From positions 69,204 through 107,242 of the forward strand of contig JAVZJR010000003.1 of assembly GCA_038870635.1 (NCBI GenBank): a stretch of DNA of 38,039 nucleotides, given 5' to 3'. The notes under the pieces are model-generated. The model did not search any database, was not told the origin of the DNA, and worked only from the letters and a program-made list of their open reading frames with translations. Positions 7,873-18,472 of this stretch are shown one piece after another. Positions within the stretch are counted from its first letter, which is position 1, and every line of letters begins with the position of its first letter. Position numbers and translations under genes: made by a program. The stretch comes from Candidatus Bilamarchaeaceae archaeon (GTDB taxonomy: Archaea; Micrarchaeota; Micrarchaeia; Anstonellales; Bilamarchaeaceae).

Positions 7873-9393
7873 ATGCGTAAGAAAAACCACACAATAGATT
7901 ACCTCATATTGTTTTTTTTGCTTTTAACCTGTTTAGGTGGTTTTGCAGTTAGCATAACAACACTTTTTATTTTGCCTTACTTTGTAAGCGAGTACTCTGT
8001 AATAAAAAGTTATGACTCCTTAGAGCGAATAGATGGTCTTACTATTGCAACTGCTGATCCACAACCAGATATTATGTATGCATACAACTCACCTGTGGTT
8101 GTGCCTATTGTGATACAAAAGCCGAATATAAAAAATGACCATTTAGTAAAACTCGTAATAAGCGAGAATAACAAGTTAATTAAAGAAATTGAATGCATTC
8201 CAGCAGATTTATCACAAGAAAAAATGATATGTAATGCTTCTTTTCCATATACTTATGCACCAAATTCTAAAATGGAAGTAAGGGCTGTTTTAGAGTTGTT
8301 TGATGGCAAACGATTTGTTAGCAATAAGATTCCACTTACCTATGATTGGGCAAATTATGAGAAAGGTTTCAGAAACATATCAAGCTCGCTTTTAATAATT
8401 ATAATCCTTGGCTTTCTTCTTCTTATTCTACCCCTTAGTGCAATGATGTATCATCTTACTACTTTAGAAAAGCATCACGCAATATATAAGGGTGAGTACA
8501 CTCTACAAAGTCTTCTTCAACCTTTTAGATATGTAAAAACAAAAGAGCAATTTTTTCAAGCTTTTATTTCTTCACCTCTTTTTTGGTTTATTGAATTTAT
8601 AGGAGCATTCCTTCTAATCATATACTATGCGTTATCTGCAGACGTGTTTAAATCTGATACCTCGTTAGTCGCATTTTTAATAAGCGGTGGTTTTGCTTTT
8701 TTTGTGCCTTTTCTTTGGGTTGCGGTTTGGTGGTTAGCGGACTACAAAGAAAGGGAGCCGTTGAGAATAATAATTTCACTTTTTTTATGGGGCGCGTTCT
8801 GTTGTATTATATCTATAGGTATTAATACAATAGCAGAAGCATTTTTTGTAGTGCTTGGTTTAAGTTTGATAAGCTCGATGATCTTTCCTCCTTTGGTTGA
8901 GGAGTTTTTTAAAGGAACAGGACTTGCAATTTTTTCACTTCACCATGACTATTCAAGCATCGGTGATGGTTTAGTATATGGCTTCACTATAGGAATGGGT
9001 TTTGCTTTTATGGAAAACTGGCTCTATCTTTTAGATAATCCAATGGGTGCTGATATTACTATGTGGGCTTCACTTTTTTTCTTGCGTGCAGTGCTGTTTT
9101 CTGCAATGCATGGGGTGTATACAGCTGTAACAGGCGCACTGATAGGTTATCTAAAAACAATTGGCAAGCCACAAATTCTCCTATTCGGTTTTACTCTAAT
9201 CCCTGCAATTTTTTTACATTCTATCCATAATTCAGTAGATATCTTGTCTGCTATTTTTGGTGACATTGGGGTTTTGGCTTATTGTTGTGTTGTTGGACCT
9301 CTTTTTGACTATGGCGGTCTTTTTGTAATAGCTGTTCTTATGTTAGCTTGGTTAAATCTATCGAGCAAAAGCAGAAAAAATAAAAGTATTTAA
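7873..9393 (+). CDS. PrsW-family intramembrane glutamic protease with N-terminal extracytoplasmic domain
   Basis: D..EREP, PPLVEEFFKG, GFAFMEN, H(GVYT) and LHSIHN motifs; many TM helices. Confidence 0.88.
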   Translation: MRKKNHTIDYLILFFLLLTCLGGFAVSITTLFILPYFVSEYSVIKSYDSLERIDGLTIATADPQPDIMYAYNSPVVVPIVIQKPNIKNDHLVKLVISENNKLIKEIECIPADLSQEKMICNASFPYTYAPNSKMEVRAVLELFDGKRFVSNKIPLTYDWANYEKGFRNISSSLLIIIILGFLLLILPLSAMMYHLTTLEKHHAIYKGEYTLQSLLQPFRYVKTKEQFFQAFISSPLFWFIEFIGAFLLIIYYALSADVFKSDTSLVAFLISGGFAFFVPFLWVAVWWLADYKEREPLRIIISLFLWGAFCCIISIGINTIAEAFFVVLGLSLISSMIFPPLVEEFFKGTGLAIFSLHHDYSSIGDGLVYGFTIGMGFAFMENWLYLLDNPMGADITMWASLFFLRAVLFSAMHGVYTAVTGALIGYLKTIGKPQILLFGFTLIPAIFLHSIHNSVDILSAIFGDIGVLAYCCVVGPLFDYGGLFVIAVLMLAWLNLSSKSRKNKSI

Positions 9394-9442
9394 ATGTTAT
9401 TTTTTATAGTAGTTCATAGCAAATTTGTGATAAGGTGATGAG

Positions 9443-9670
9443 ATGATATGCACCCAAAAAACAAAACATTCAGATAAATTAATTTCAGACAAATTTCAAA
9501 GATATAATGAAATAAGAAAAAAAGTGGAATTCGCAGAGAAATTTCTTGAAGCTTTAAAATTAGTTAATAATCTTTATCATAGTCCTAACCAAAATTATGA
9601 CCCACAAAAAAGAGCGTATGCTATTTCTAATTGTAGACGTTTGATGGAAGAATCTCTACAGCTGCAGTAA
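9443..9670 (+). CDS. Small hypothetical protein
   Basis: 75 aa ORF filling the intergenic gap; AAGGTGA RBS; TTTAAA box upstream. Confidence 0.55.
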   Translation: MICTQKTKHSDKLISDKFQRYNEIRKKVEFAEKFLEALKLVNNLYHSPNQNYDPQKRAYAISNCRRLMEESLQLQ

Positions 9671-9675
9671 TATTT

Positions 9676-10854
9676 TTATCTGCAGCATATTGAAATCGCG
9701 ATAGCTGCGATTATGCTTATTCCGGCAGCAATTGAAAGCGGTACAAGCGCTCCGTAAATTGCCCATAATGTACCAGCAATTAGACTTGCAGGCAAGTAAG
9801 CAGCACCTATCGCTGTGCTGTAAGCACCAAACGCTATACCTCTTTTTTCTGGTGGGGCCATATCGCTTATATATGCTTTGTTAACTGATTCGTCTGTGGC
9901 CACAAAAATTCCATAAAGGCCGAAAAGAATAAGCAATGAGAAGAAGTCACCTACAAACGCAAAACCTATACAAATAAGAGCGTATAACGCAAATGCACCT
10001 GCTATCATAGGTTTTCTTCCTATTTTATCTGAAAGCATTCCTGTGGGAATCGCTGCGATAGCGTAAATAATATTATAAAATAGATATAGTAAAAGAATGT
10101 TCTCCGTGCTTATTCCTATTTCATTTGCACGCACTATAAAAAAGGCAAAACTAAAATAAGCTAAAGAAAAGAAGAGCGATATTTTAAGATAAGTGTGATA
10201 TTCCTTGCCAAGTTGTTTTAGTGCGTCCCAAAATTTTACTTTTTCTTTTGGCGTGATGTTCTTTTTTGTTGGCTCGCGCACAAATAATATTATGAGTAAC
10301 ACTGCCAAAAATGCAGGTATAAGTGCGGCTAAAAAAACAGTTCGATATGCACTTTCACCGTTTCCTAATATTCCAAGGAGAAAAAATGCAATAGCTGGTC
10401 CTATTATCGCGCCAACCGTATCCATCATTCTATGCAGGCCATACGCTTTTCCTCTTGCAGTTGTAGAAGATGAAGCCGCGATTATGGCATCGCGAGGAGC
10501 AGTTCTTATTCCCTTTCCCACTCTTTCAAGCGCACGCATAATCAAAACATGCCACCATTGAGTAGAAAGTGCAATACCTAATTTCACAAAAGAGGACATC
10601 CCATAACCTAAAACGACAAGTTGCTTTCTTTTTCCTGTTTTATCAGATACATAACCAGATACTATCTCAAGCCAACTCGCAATACTGTCGGCAATTCCTT
10701 CTATAAGACCCAACACCTCTTTACCCGCACCAAGGATGGTGGTAACAAAAACAGGTATGAGTGGAAATATCATCTCACTTGAAACATCAGTGAGAAAACT
10801 TACTGCACCTAAAATATAAACATCAAGACCTATATCTTTTTTTTCTTCAGTCAT
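9676..10854 (-). CDS. MFS transporter
   Basis: SFLTDVSSEMIFP, GYVSDKTGKRK, GKGIRTAPRDA and GMLSDKIGRK motifs, about 12 TM; ATG 10854 directly after the pyrG stop preferred to 10881. Confidence 0.93.
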   Translation of the reverse strand: MTEEKKDIGLDVYILGAVSFLTDVSSEMIFPLIPVFVTTILGAGKEVLGLIEGIADSIASWLEIVSGYVSDKTGKRKQLVVLGYGMSSFVKLGIALSTQWWHVLIMRALERVGKGIRTAPRDAIIAASSSTTARGKAYGLHRMMDTVGAIIGPAIAFFLLGILGNGESAYRTVFLAALIPAFLAVLLIILFVREPTKKNITPKEKVKFWDALKQLGKEYHTYLKISLFFSLAYFSFAFFIVRANEIGISTENILLLYLFYNIIYAIAAIPTGMLSDKIGRKPMIAGAFALYALICIGFAFVGDFFSLLILFGLYGIFVATDESVNKAYISDMAPPEKRGIAFGAYSTAIGAAYLPASLIAGTLWAIYGALVPLSIAAGISIIAAIAISICCR

Positions 10855-10855
10855 A

Positions 10856-12481
10856 TCATCTACCTTTTTTTCTTCTTTCAAGTGCAGCTTCTATGAATGC
10901 TACAAAAATAGGAGCAGGTGCTTCAAGACGGCTTTTTAACTCTATATGCGGTTGGGTTCCAACCCCAAAACTATCTTTCCACTCAACCATCTCCACAATT
11001 CCGCTTGGATGAGTACCTGCTATAACCAAACCAGCATCTTCCAATAATTTTACGTATTCAGGATTTACTTCGTACCTGTGTCTATGCCTTTCAAAAACAA
11101 TATCTTCGCTTTCCCCATATCTTTTATACGCATTAGCTACTCTTGTGCCTTTTTTTAATATGCATTCATATGCACCGAGCCTGTTTGTTCCTCCCATAAC
11201 TGCAATCTTTTTTTGTTCTGGCAAAATATCGATTACAGGGGCTGTTGTTTTTTTGTCAAATTCTGTTGAGTTTGCATCTTTAAGATTGCAGACATTTCTG
11301 GCATATTCTACAACCATGAGCTGCATCCCAAGACAGAGACCGAGATAGGGCACTTTGTTCTCTCGCGCATAATTTATAGCAGTTATCTTTCCCTCTATTC
11401 CTCTGGCACCATAACCCCCAGGTACAACAATTCCATCAAAGCTTTTTAGTATTCCAATATTGCCTTTTTCTATTTCTGTAGATTCCACCCAACATATTTC
11501 TACCCCGACATCGTTTGCTGCTCCTGCGTGTATCAATGCTTCTTTCACGCTTGCGTACGCATCTTTTACCGCGGTATATTTTCCAACTACTCCTATTATA
11601 AGCGGTTGCTCACTGGGCGCAATTATTTTATTTACTGTTTTTTCCCATTGCTTTAAATCAATTTCTTTTTCTTCTATTCCTAATTCCCTGCAAATAATTG
11701 AAGTTATCTTTTGCTTTTTTAAAACAAGTGGAAGTTCATAAACAGTTCTTACTAAGGGGTCGTCAAAAACAGCATCTTCTGGTACATTGCAGTACATACT
11801 TATCTTCTTTTTTGATTCAGGATCTAACTTTTCCTGTTCTCGCGCAACAATAATATGTGGTTGTACTCCCATGCTTTGCAGCAGCCTTGTGGCGTGCTGC
11901 GTAGGTTTAGTTTTAAGCTCTCCAGGAGAGAGGCTTGGTACATAAGTAAGCTGAATAAATATCATGTTTCCTCGTTCTTCATGGTAGAGTTGCCTCATTG
12001 CCTCTATAAAATAACCATTTTCTAAATCACCAACTGTTCCACCTACCTCTATTAGAACTATGTCTGCTTTGCTCTTTTCGCCAACCTCTCTTATCCAATT
12101 TTTTATCTCATCTGTTAAGTGTGGCACAAATTGCACATCTCTTCCAAGATAGTCGCCTCTTCTCTCTTTTTCTATTATTTTTTTGAAAAGCTTCCCGCCA
12201 GTGATACTATTCATGCCTGATAGCGAGATGTTATAGAAACGCTCATAAGTTCCGAAATCCATATCTACTTCTGTCCCATCATCAAGTACAAAAACTTCGC
12301 CGTGCCTGAATGGATTCATTGTCCCGCAATCTACATTTAGATAACCATCAAATTTTATTGGCACTACTTTGTATCCCATTGCCTGTAGCAGCTTTCCTAT
12401 AGAAGAAGAGAGGATACCCTTTCCAAGACCAGACATTATTGAACCTAAAACTACGATATACTTTCTGTTTTTAAGTAGCAT
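10856..12481 (-). CDS. pyrG: CTP synthase
   Basis: SGLGKG, GTMNPFRHGEVFV, KTKPTQH, GLCLGMQ and RHRHRYE motifs. Confidence 0.98.
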   Translation of the reverse strand: MLLKNRKYIVVLGSIMSGLGKGILSSSIGKLLQAMGYKVVPIKFDGYLNVDCGTMNPFRHGEVFVLDDGTEVDMDFGTYERFYNISLSGMNSITGGKLFKKIIEKERRGDYLGRDVQFVPHLTDEIKNWIREVGEKSKADIVLIEVGGTVGDLENGYFIEAMRQLYHEERGNMIFIQLTYVPSLSPGELKTKPTQHATRLLQSMGVQPHIIVAREQEKLDPESKKKISMYCNVPEDAVFDDPLVRTVYELPLVLKKQKITSIICRELGIEEKEIDLKQWEKTVNKIIAPSEQPLIIGVVGKYTAVKDAYASVKEALIHAGAANDVGVEICWVESTEIEKGNIGILKSFDGIVVPGGYGARGIEGKITAINYARENKVPYLGLCLGMQLMVVEYARNVCNLKDANSTEFDKKTTAPVIDILPEQKKIAVMGGTNRLGAYECILKKGTRVANAYKRYGESEDIVFERHRHRYEVNPEYVKLLEDAGLVIAGTHPSGIVEMVEWKDSFGVGTQPHIELKSRLEAPAPIFVAFIEAALERRKKGR

Positions 12482-12552
12482 ATCGGTTTATACTCTGGAA
12501 AGTTTTTAAAAATCTGCTTGTATTTTAATCCTTTTCATTTATTTTTTTCTTT

Positions 12553-13695
12553 ATGTTTATAACTACCTTAATTGTAATTCTCTCGCTTATTTTTTTCTAT
12601 CTTGTACTTTCTTTGCCAATCTCTGGTTTGTTAAAGTTTCTTCTTATCGCATTAGAGATGTATCTTGTCGGCGTAGTGCTTGCAAAAAGGTATAAACTAT
12701 CCACTGAGATGGGCTTTATTTTGTTGAAGAGTAAAAAAGGTATAACATTCATAAATAATCTTGCTAAGAATCATAATCTATGGAATTCTTTTGCAGACAT
12801 TGGTTTGATAGTGAGCTATGGGTTCTTAGGAGCTTTAATCTTCAAAAAACATTTTAGTTGGAAAACTTTTATTGTTGGTGTTTTCCTCTTAACTTTTATC
12901 TCTTTCTTAGTTGCACCTACAGCTCTTCATTTCTTATCCTCTGTTTTAACAGGTGGTTTTGCTAAGAAAGCGACATTTGACTTTGGCGGACCAGATATAA
13001 ATTTCATAGTAATAACTGCTCTATTCTATGCAGGTGGCTTTTTCCTAATGCTTTTAGCCGGCATTCTCTATTACTCAACAAATATTTTGTTTTTGTTGAT
13101 TCAATTTATCTTTTTTGGCTCCCAGGCAATCGCAAGCACACCCCCTGGCGGCACTTTGCTTCTTCCCGGCATAAACCTTCCTCTTGTTGAAGGTATTCTA
13201 GCGCTGGCAGTGGTACTTTTGGTTCACGAGGGAGCTCATGCAGTGCTCTCTAGAATTGCTTCTATTCCACTTCTTTCCTCCGGTATCGTTCTTTTTGGGA
13301 TAATCCCAATAGGTGCTTTTATCGAGCCTGACGAGAAAAGACTTGCTAAAAGCCCAGCACAAAGGCAAACCAGGATCCTTGTTGCCGGCTCTACAGCAAA
13401 CTTTATTACAAGTATAATATTCTTCTTTATGTTCATACCCCTATCCGTACTTTTGAAGACACAGGCTGCTGGTACTTTAATTTACGATATAGTGCGATTT
13501 TTTTATGTCTTTATAGGTTTGACCTTTTCATTAAATTTTGTCGTTGCGACTGTTAATATCTTGCCCTTGCCTCTTTTTGATGGTTATCGCTTGCTCGAAG
13601 TAAATATAAAAAACAAGGTTATTGTGTCCGCTTTGATGTACATAACCCTTATAGCTTTCTTGCTTAATTTCTTGCCTTGGTTTTTCGCTCACTAA
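12553..13695 (+). CDS. Site-2 protease (M50 family) intramembrane zinc metalloprotease
   Basis: HEGAH, GAFIEPDE, AGSTAN and NILPLPLFDG motifs. Confidence 0.93.
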   Translation: MFITTLIVILSLIFFYLVLSLPISGLLKFLLIALEMYLVGVVLAKRYKLSTEMGFILLKSKKGITFINNLAKNHNLWNSFADIGLIVSYGFLGALIFKKHFSWKTFIVGVFLLTFISFLVAPTALHFLSSVLTGGFAKKATFDFGGPDINFIVITALFYAGGFFLMLLAGILYYSTNILFLLIQFIFFGSQAIASTPPGGTLLLPGINLPLVEGILALAVVLLVHEGAHAVLSRIASIPLLSSGIVLFGIIPIGAFIEPDEKRLAKSPAQRQTRILVAGSTANFITSIIFFFMFIPLSVLLKTQAAGTLIYDIVRFFYVFIGLTFSLNFVVATVNILPLPLFDGYRLLEVNIKNKVIVSALMYITLIAFLLNFLPWFFAH

Positions 13696-13699
13696 CACT

Positions 13700-15367
13700 T
13701 CACTTACTCTTTTTCTTTTTTTTCTTTAGCAATAGACTAATTCTCTTTTTCTTTTCGATTTCTCTTAATGCTTTAAGGTAGAGTTGATGTGCTATCTGAG
13801 CGCCTTTTTTCATTGATTGATTAAGGTGTTTTACTTTTGGTGGTTTAACTTTCGCTATCTTTATTTTTATTTTAGGAAGTTTTATCTTTTCTATCTTTGG
13901 TTTCTTTATACTTTGGGATGCTTTACTCTGTTTTTTATTTGTTTTTGGGGTTTTGATTTCTGGTTTTACTTTAGTTTTTGGTTTTTTAGTTTTCTTTTGT
14001 CTATTTGCTTTTTCAGGTTTTTGTTTTTTTATTTGTTTCTTTTTATTTGTCTTTTCTTTCTTTACTTTGTTGTTTTTTATTTTTTTTTCTTTCTTCTTTT
14101 TTAATTCCTTTTCAACTATTTTTTTCTCACTTTCTCTCTTTTCTTTATTCTTCACTATTTTTTCTTTTTCATTTTTCTTTTTTTCGTTTTTGTCATCTTT
14201 TTTAGTATCTTTTGTTTCCTCATTATTGATTTTCGGAATATTGGCGTGCAGGAATTCTTTTCTTTGTTCTGTTTTTTCTTCGTTGAATTTGGTTAATATA
14301 GAGAGTATTTTGATTTTATCTTCGCTTGTTGTTGGCCGTTTTACTTCTATTTGTGTTGGCTTTGATATGTTTTTGCTTTCTTCTTTTTTTTCATCTTCTT
14401 TCTTTTTTTTGTTTTTCTTTTCATTGTTTTCATTTTCTGTGTTCTTGTCATCCCTCTCTTTCGGTATATCCTCTTTTACAACATTTTCCTCTCTTTCATC
14501 TACTTTTAAAATCTCATTTTGATATTTATTAAAAAATAGGTCCGGTGCGGCCTCTAGTTTGCTAACTTCTGTTGCAGGATATTCAAAAAATATATCGTTT
14601 TCGTATGATGTTTTTATCTCCCCATATGCTTGCTTTATTTTTTCTTTTACTAAAAATAAATCATGATTGTAGAATTTGGTAGCGCCCCCATCAAAGGCAT
14701 TGTGTTTTGGCATTATTATTTTTTCAATATCATACATTTGTTTTTTGTATTCTTTTTTCTCCTTTCTAACTGTGCCTGTAGAGAAATCAACTAAGTAGTT
14801 ATCTCTTTTGATGTCTATTTTTGCTGCAAGCTTCACTAATTCTATCTCCCCTTCTTTTAAAGCACCACTGCACCCCATTTTTCCTCTTACTTCGCTTCTT
14901 ATTATTTGATCAGCAGAAGGAAGCTCTGATGTTACTCCATAATCTTCTTGAAATAACACACAGTTATCGTACTTTGAAACCCGTTTTGTGTCGCCATTCT
15001 CCCAAAAAGTTGTAGTGCTGAATTTTTTGAAAAAAATACCCATTAACTTTTCTGTTAAAGAGCGCTTCACTTTTCCTATTTCTAATTCGCCTTTTTCTGT
15101 TTTATACTGTCCCCATTCCTCTATCTTAAAACCGTCGCTAAACTCAATTTTCGTTATCCATCTCAACCCTTTAAGAGCACCATTGCCCTCTTTTATCTCA
15201 CAAATACCACCGTATTTCTTTACAAGTTGCGCAACCGCTTCGTTTCTTGTTATACCTTCATCAACAAGTCCGATTAATTTTTTTTCGTTACCATATCTGT
15301 CTTTTAATTTTAGAGTAAACTCAACCTTCCTTTTTGCTGATTTTTCTGTTAAAAATAACTGCTTCAT
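13700..15367 (-). CDS. Hypothetical protein with long Lys-rich low-complexity C-terminus
   Basis: 555 aa; last ~250 aa dominated by K/E, then K/P/I. Confidence 0.7.
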   Translation of the reverse strand: MKQLFLTEKSAKRKVEFTLKLKDRYGNEKKLIGLVDEGITRNEAVAQLVKKYGGICEIKEGNGALKGLRWITKIEFSDGFKIEEWGQYKTEKGELEIGKVKRSLTEKLMGIFFKKFSTTTFWENGDTKRVSKYDNCVLFQEDYGVTSELPSADQIIRSEVRGKMGCSGALKEGEIELVKLAAKIDIKRDNYLVDFSTGTVRKEKKEYKKQMYDIEKIIMPKHNAFDGGATKFYNHDLFLVKEKIKQAYGEIKTSYENDIFFEYPATEVSKLEAAPDLFFNKYQNEILKVDEREENVVKEDIPKERDDKNTENENNEKKNKKKKEDEKKEESKNISKPTQIEVKRPTTSEDKIKILSILTKFNEEKTEQRKEFLHANIPKINNEETKDTKKDDKNEKKKNEKEKIVKNKEKRESEKKIVEKELKKKKEKKIKNNKVKKEKTNKKKQIKKQKPEKANRQKKTKKPKTKVKPEIKTPKTNKKQSKASQSIKKPKIEKIKLPKIKIKIAKVKPPKVKHLNQSMKKGAQIAHQLYLKALREIEKKKRISLLLKKKKKKSK

Positions 15368-15376
15368 GAAATCATC

Positions 15377-17245
15377 CTAGATATATGGCCTTTTAGATAA
15401 TTCTGGTGGCAAAGAGAGGACTTCGAAAGGCATTCCTTTTGTCTTGTTAGTTATTTCGTTTACTACTTCCTCAACCTTCATTACCTTTTTTTCTCCACTC
15501 TCCCTTATCGTTATAGTCAATGTGCCGTCTTTTGCTTCTTTTTCACCTATTACTGCAATGTAAGGTATCCATTCTTTTTCCGCCTCCCTTATCTTTTTTC
15601 CTAATGTTTCATTTCTATCATCTATGTCAACCCTTACAGGTGCCTCTGCTATTTTTCTATATACCTCTTTCGCAACTTGGTTTTGGGCTTCGCTTACTGG
15701 GATAATGCGGATTTGTGTTGGTGATAACCAAAGCGGAAGCATTGCCTTTTTTCCCTCCTTCATCTTCATAGCCTCTTTTTCCAACAACGCATATATGTCT
15801 CTTTCAAGTGAGCCACTCAAAGAAGCGTGAAGTATTAGTGGTCGTTTTTTGTTTCCATCTTTATCAACATAACTTATATCATATGTTTCTGCGTTTTCTA
15901 CGTCTATTTGCACTGTTGTCAAAGCACTCGCCTTGTCCATCGCATCAACAAAATTGAACTCAAACTTTGTAATAAAGTATGCATACCTTTCCTTAAACAT
16001 TTCAACAAGAATTGGCTTTCCTGCCTTTCTTACCATTCTTATGTACCAATCCTTATTTTCATTAAAAAAATCTTCCTGTATTCTGAATCCAACCTCTGCT
16101 TCTAGTCCGAGTTCTTTTAGAAATGCAAGGCCTATATCGTATTGCTTTTCAAACTCTTCTTTTGCTTGCGTTATGTCTGCGGCAAAAGTGTGCATATCTG
16201 GCATAGTGAAAGCTCTTAATCTTTTTAATCCTGCGAGCTCCCCGCTTTGTTCTCTTCTAAAGCTGTATCTTGTGAGTTCATACATTTTTAATGGCAAGTG
16301 CTTATACGACATCACCATGTCATGTGCAGCTAAAAATTGGCCGAAACAAGCTGCGAATCTTAAGAAAAGTCTCTTATCATCACTTATCACAAGGTACTGC
16401 CTTGCTGGGAATCTATTAAGATATTTCTTTAGAGATGGATGTTCAAAATCATACATTATAGGTGTTTCTACTTCTAAAGCACCACATGTTTTTACACAGA
16501 TATCGCTTATCCTTTTCTCAAGTAGTTTTTTTATCAGCTTTCCTTTTGGTAGGTAGCGAAAGTTTCCAGGATCGCTGCCAGGTTCATAATCTATTATCCG
16601 GTGCTCTTTCATTAATGTAATATGGGGCGGTTCTTTTTCATACGCTCTTACTTTTTTTGTTTCATATATGGCGAATTTTTTTAAGTTTAGATATTTTTTA
16701 TAATCAAACTTATCAATATCATGGAGGTTTCCATCTAAATCCATTATGTAGAATCTGCTTTTTAGAACTGCCTCTTGTTTAAGACTTGCTGAAACTTCCT
16801 CTTCTTTTTCTTCTTTTTTCTGCTCACTTGCTCTAAATTCACGAGAAAGTTCGCTCAATGGATGTCCCTTACATTTTAATGTATAAGCTTTATACCATCC
16901 AAAAGGAGAGTGGAATGCCTCATATCCCATCTTTTTTAACTCTTCCTCTGCTTTTAGCACAACTGTGCTTGCTATTCGTGGAGATGAAGGTTTTGATGTT
17001 AGATGAACAAGCGGATAGAGCAATACTCTTTTTGTTTTTACTTGTTTTGCAACAGCATCTGCCTCTCTTGCCAATGCCTTAGCACTTCCACTAACATCCT
17101 CATCACCAAGTTCAACTGCTGTAAAGACAACTAATATCTCTTCATAACGCTTTCTTTCTTGACTTTCTATTTTTTCTGCATCTGCTATTGCTTTCTTTAC
17201 AGGTTCAACCTCTATAAAATCTGCATGAATTGTTAATATCCTCAT
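15377..17245 (-). CDS. thrS: Threonine--tRNA ligase, archaeal type with N-terminal editing domain
   Basis: MRILTIHAD, PFGWYKAYTLKCKGHPLSELSR, RFAACFG, FRREQSGE and TMPDMH motifs; C-terminal anticodon-binding domain. Confidence 0.98.
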   Translation of the reverse strand: MRILTIHADFIEVEPVKKAIADAEKIESQERKRYEEILVVFTAVELGDEDVSGSAKALAREADAVAKQVKTKRVLLYPLVHLTSKPSSPRIASTVVLKAEEELKKMGYEAFHSPFGWYKAYTLKCKGHPLSELSREFRASEQKKEEKEEEVSASLKQEAVLKSRFYIMDLDGNLHDIDKFDYKKYLNLKKFAIYETKKVRAYEKEPPHITLMKEHRIIDYEPGSDPGNFRYLPKGKLIKKLLEKRISDICVKTCGALEVETPIMYDFEHPSLKKYLNRFPARQYLVISDDKRLFLRFAACFGQFLAAHDMVMSYKHLPLKMYELTRYSFRREQSGELAGLKRLRAFTMPDMHTFAADITQAKEEFEKQYDIGLAFLKELGLEAEVGFRIQEDFFNENKDWYIRMVRKAGKPILVEMFKERYAYFITKFEFNFVDAMDKASALTTVQIDVENAETYDISYVDKDGNKKRPLILHASLSGSLERDIYALLEKEAMKMKEGKKAMLPLWLSPTQIRIIPVSEAQNQVAKEVYRKIAEAPVRVDIDDRNETLGKKIREAEKEWIPYIAVIGEKEAKDGTLTITIRESGEKKVMKVEEVVNEITNKTKGMPFEVLSLPPELSKRPYI

Positions 17246-17257
17246 TTTATCTCCTCG

Positions 17258-18421
17258 TTAGTAACCTTTTTTGTAAATATGAACAACTGCAGTTGCACCA
17301 CTCCCTCCTACATTGTGACTTAGGCCATACTCTGCATCTTTTACTTGTCTTCCTGTCGCTTGCTCGCGCAATTGCCAAGTTATCTCTACTGCTTGCTTTA
17401 TCCCAGTTGCTCCAACCGGATGTCCTGCTGCCTTTAAACCACCGCTAGTATTAACAACAACATCTCCACCAAAGGTTGTTCTACCTTCAAGTGTTGCCTT
17501 TCCGCCCTCCCCCTTATTAAAAAACCCGAGGTCTTCTATTGCCATTATTTCCGCGATAGTAAAGCAATCGTGTAGTTCAACTACGTCTATATCTTTTGGT
17601 GTTATTCCTGCTGTTTTGTATGCTTTTTGGGCCGCTATTCTTGTTGCTGCTATTTCTGTGAGGCTTTTTCTCGCGGAAAGCGAAATGGTGTCGCTTGCTT
17701 GAGCACTCGCAACTATCTCTACAGGTTTCTTAGTATAACTATATGCAAGTTCAAGAGGCGCAAGTATGACGCCTGCTGCTCCATCAGTTATTGGCGAACA
17801 ATCAAAAACCTTTAATGGGTCAGCAACAACTTTTGATTTGAGTACGGTTTCCATTGTTATCTCGTTTTGATATTGTGCATATGGGTTTTTCGCCCCATGC
17901 TTATGATTTTTCACTGCAACTGCTGCAAGCATTTCTTCTGTTGTTCCATATTCCAACATATGTCTTTTTGCCATCAATGCGTACAATCCAGGAAATGTCG
18001 CGCCCATAAATAATTCCCATTCTTGGTCGCCTGCCCCTCCAAGCGCATCGCTTACACCGCTTGTGTCTAAGTCAGTCATTTTCTCTACGCCACCTGCTAC
18101 AACAATATCTGCAATACCTGCTGCAACTGCAGTGTAGGCTTGTCTTAACGCAATCCCCCCAGAAGCGCATGCGCCTTCCACTCTTGTGATTGGAATTGGG
18201 TTAAGGCCCATGTAGTCTGCGATAAGTGCTCCAACATGCTCTTGGCCAATAAGGCGACCAGAAGCCATGGTGCCAACAAAACCCGCGTCTATTTTTTCAC
18301 CACTTATCCCAGCATCTTCTATTGCTCTTACACCTGCCTCCACTACTAAATCTCTGTATCCTTTCTCCCAATGCTCGCCGAATTTAGTCATTCCTACTCC
18401 TATTATAGCAACCCGTCTCAT
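17258..18421 (-). CDS. Archaeal-type thiolase (acetyl-CoA C-acetyltransferase)
   Basis: EGACASGG, CSPITDGAA, VELHDCFT, GHPVGATG and HNVGG motifs. Confidence 0.93.
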   Translation of the reverse strand: MRRVAIIGVGMTKFGEHWEKGYRDLVVEAGVRAIEDAGISGEKIDAGFVGTMASGRLIGQEHVGALIADYMGLNPIPITRVEGACASGGIALRQAYTAVAAGIADIVVAGGVEKMTDLDTSGVSDALGGAGDQEWELFMGATFPGLYALMAKRHMLEYGTTEEMLAAVAVKNHKHGAKNPYAQYQNEITMETVLKSKVVADPLKVFDCSPITDGAAGVILAPLELAYSYTKKPVEIVASAQASDTISLSARKSLTEIAATRIAAQKAYKTAGITPKDIDVVELHDCFTIAEIMAIEDLGFFNKGEGGKATLEGRTTFGGDVVVNTSGGLKAAGHPVGATGIKQAVEITWQLREQATGRQVKDAEYGLSHNVGGSGATAVVHIYKKGY

Positions 18422-18472
18422 AAAAATACCAAAATTGGTTTATCAGAAACTGCTTATAAAGATACCGCTACC

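Noticed and set aside
13817..14532. Several Phe/Leu/Ser-rich plus-strand ORFs that look like membrane proteins
   Set aside because: Antisense shadows of the Lys/Glu-rich gene; the same applies to most short overlapping ORFs in the track
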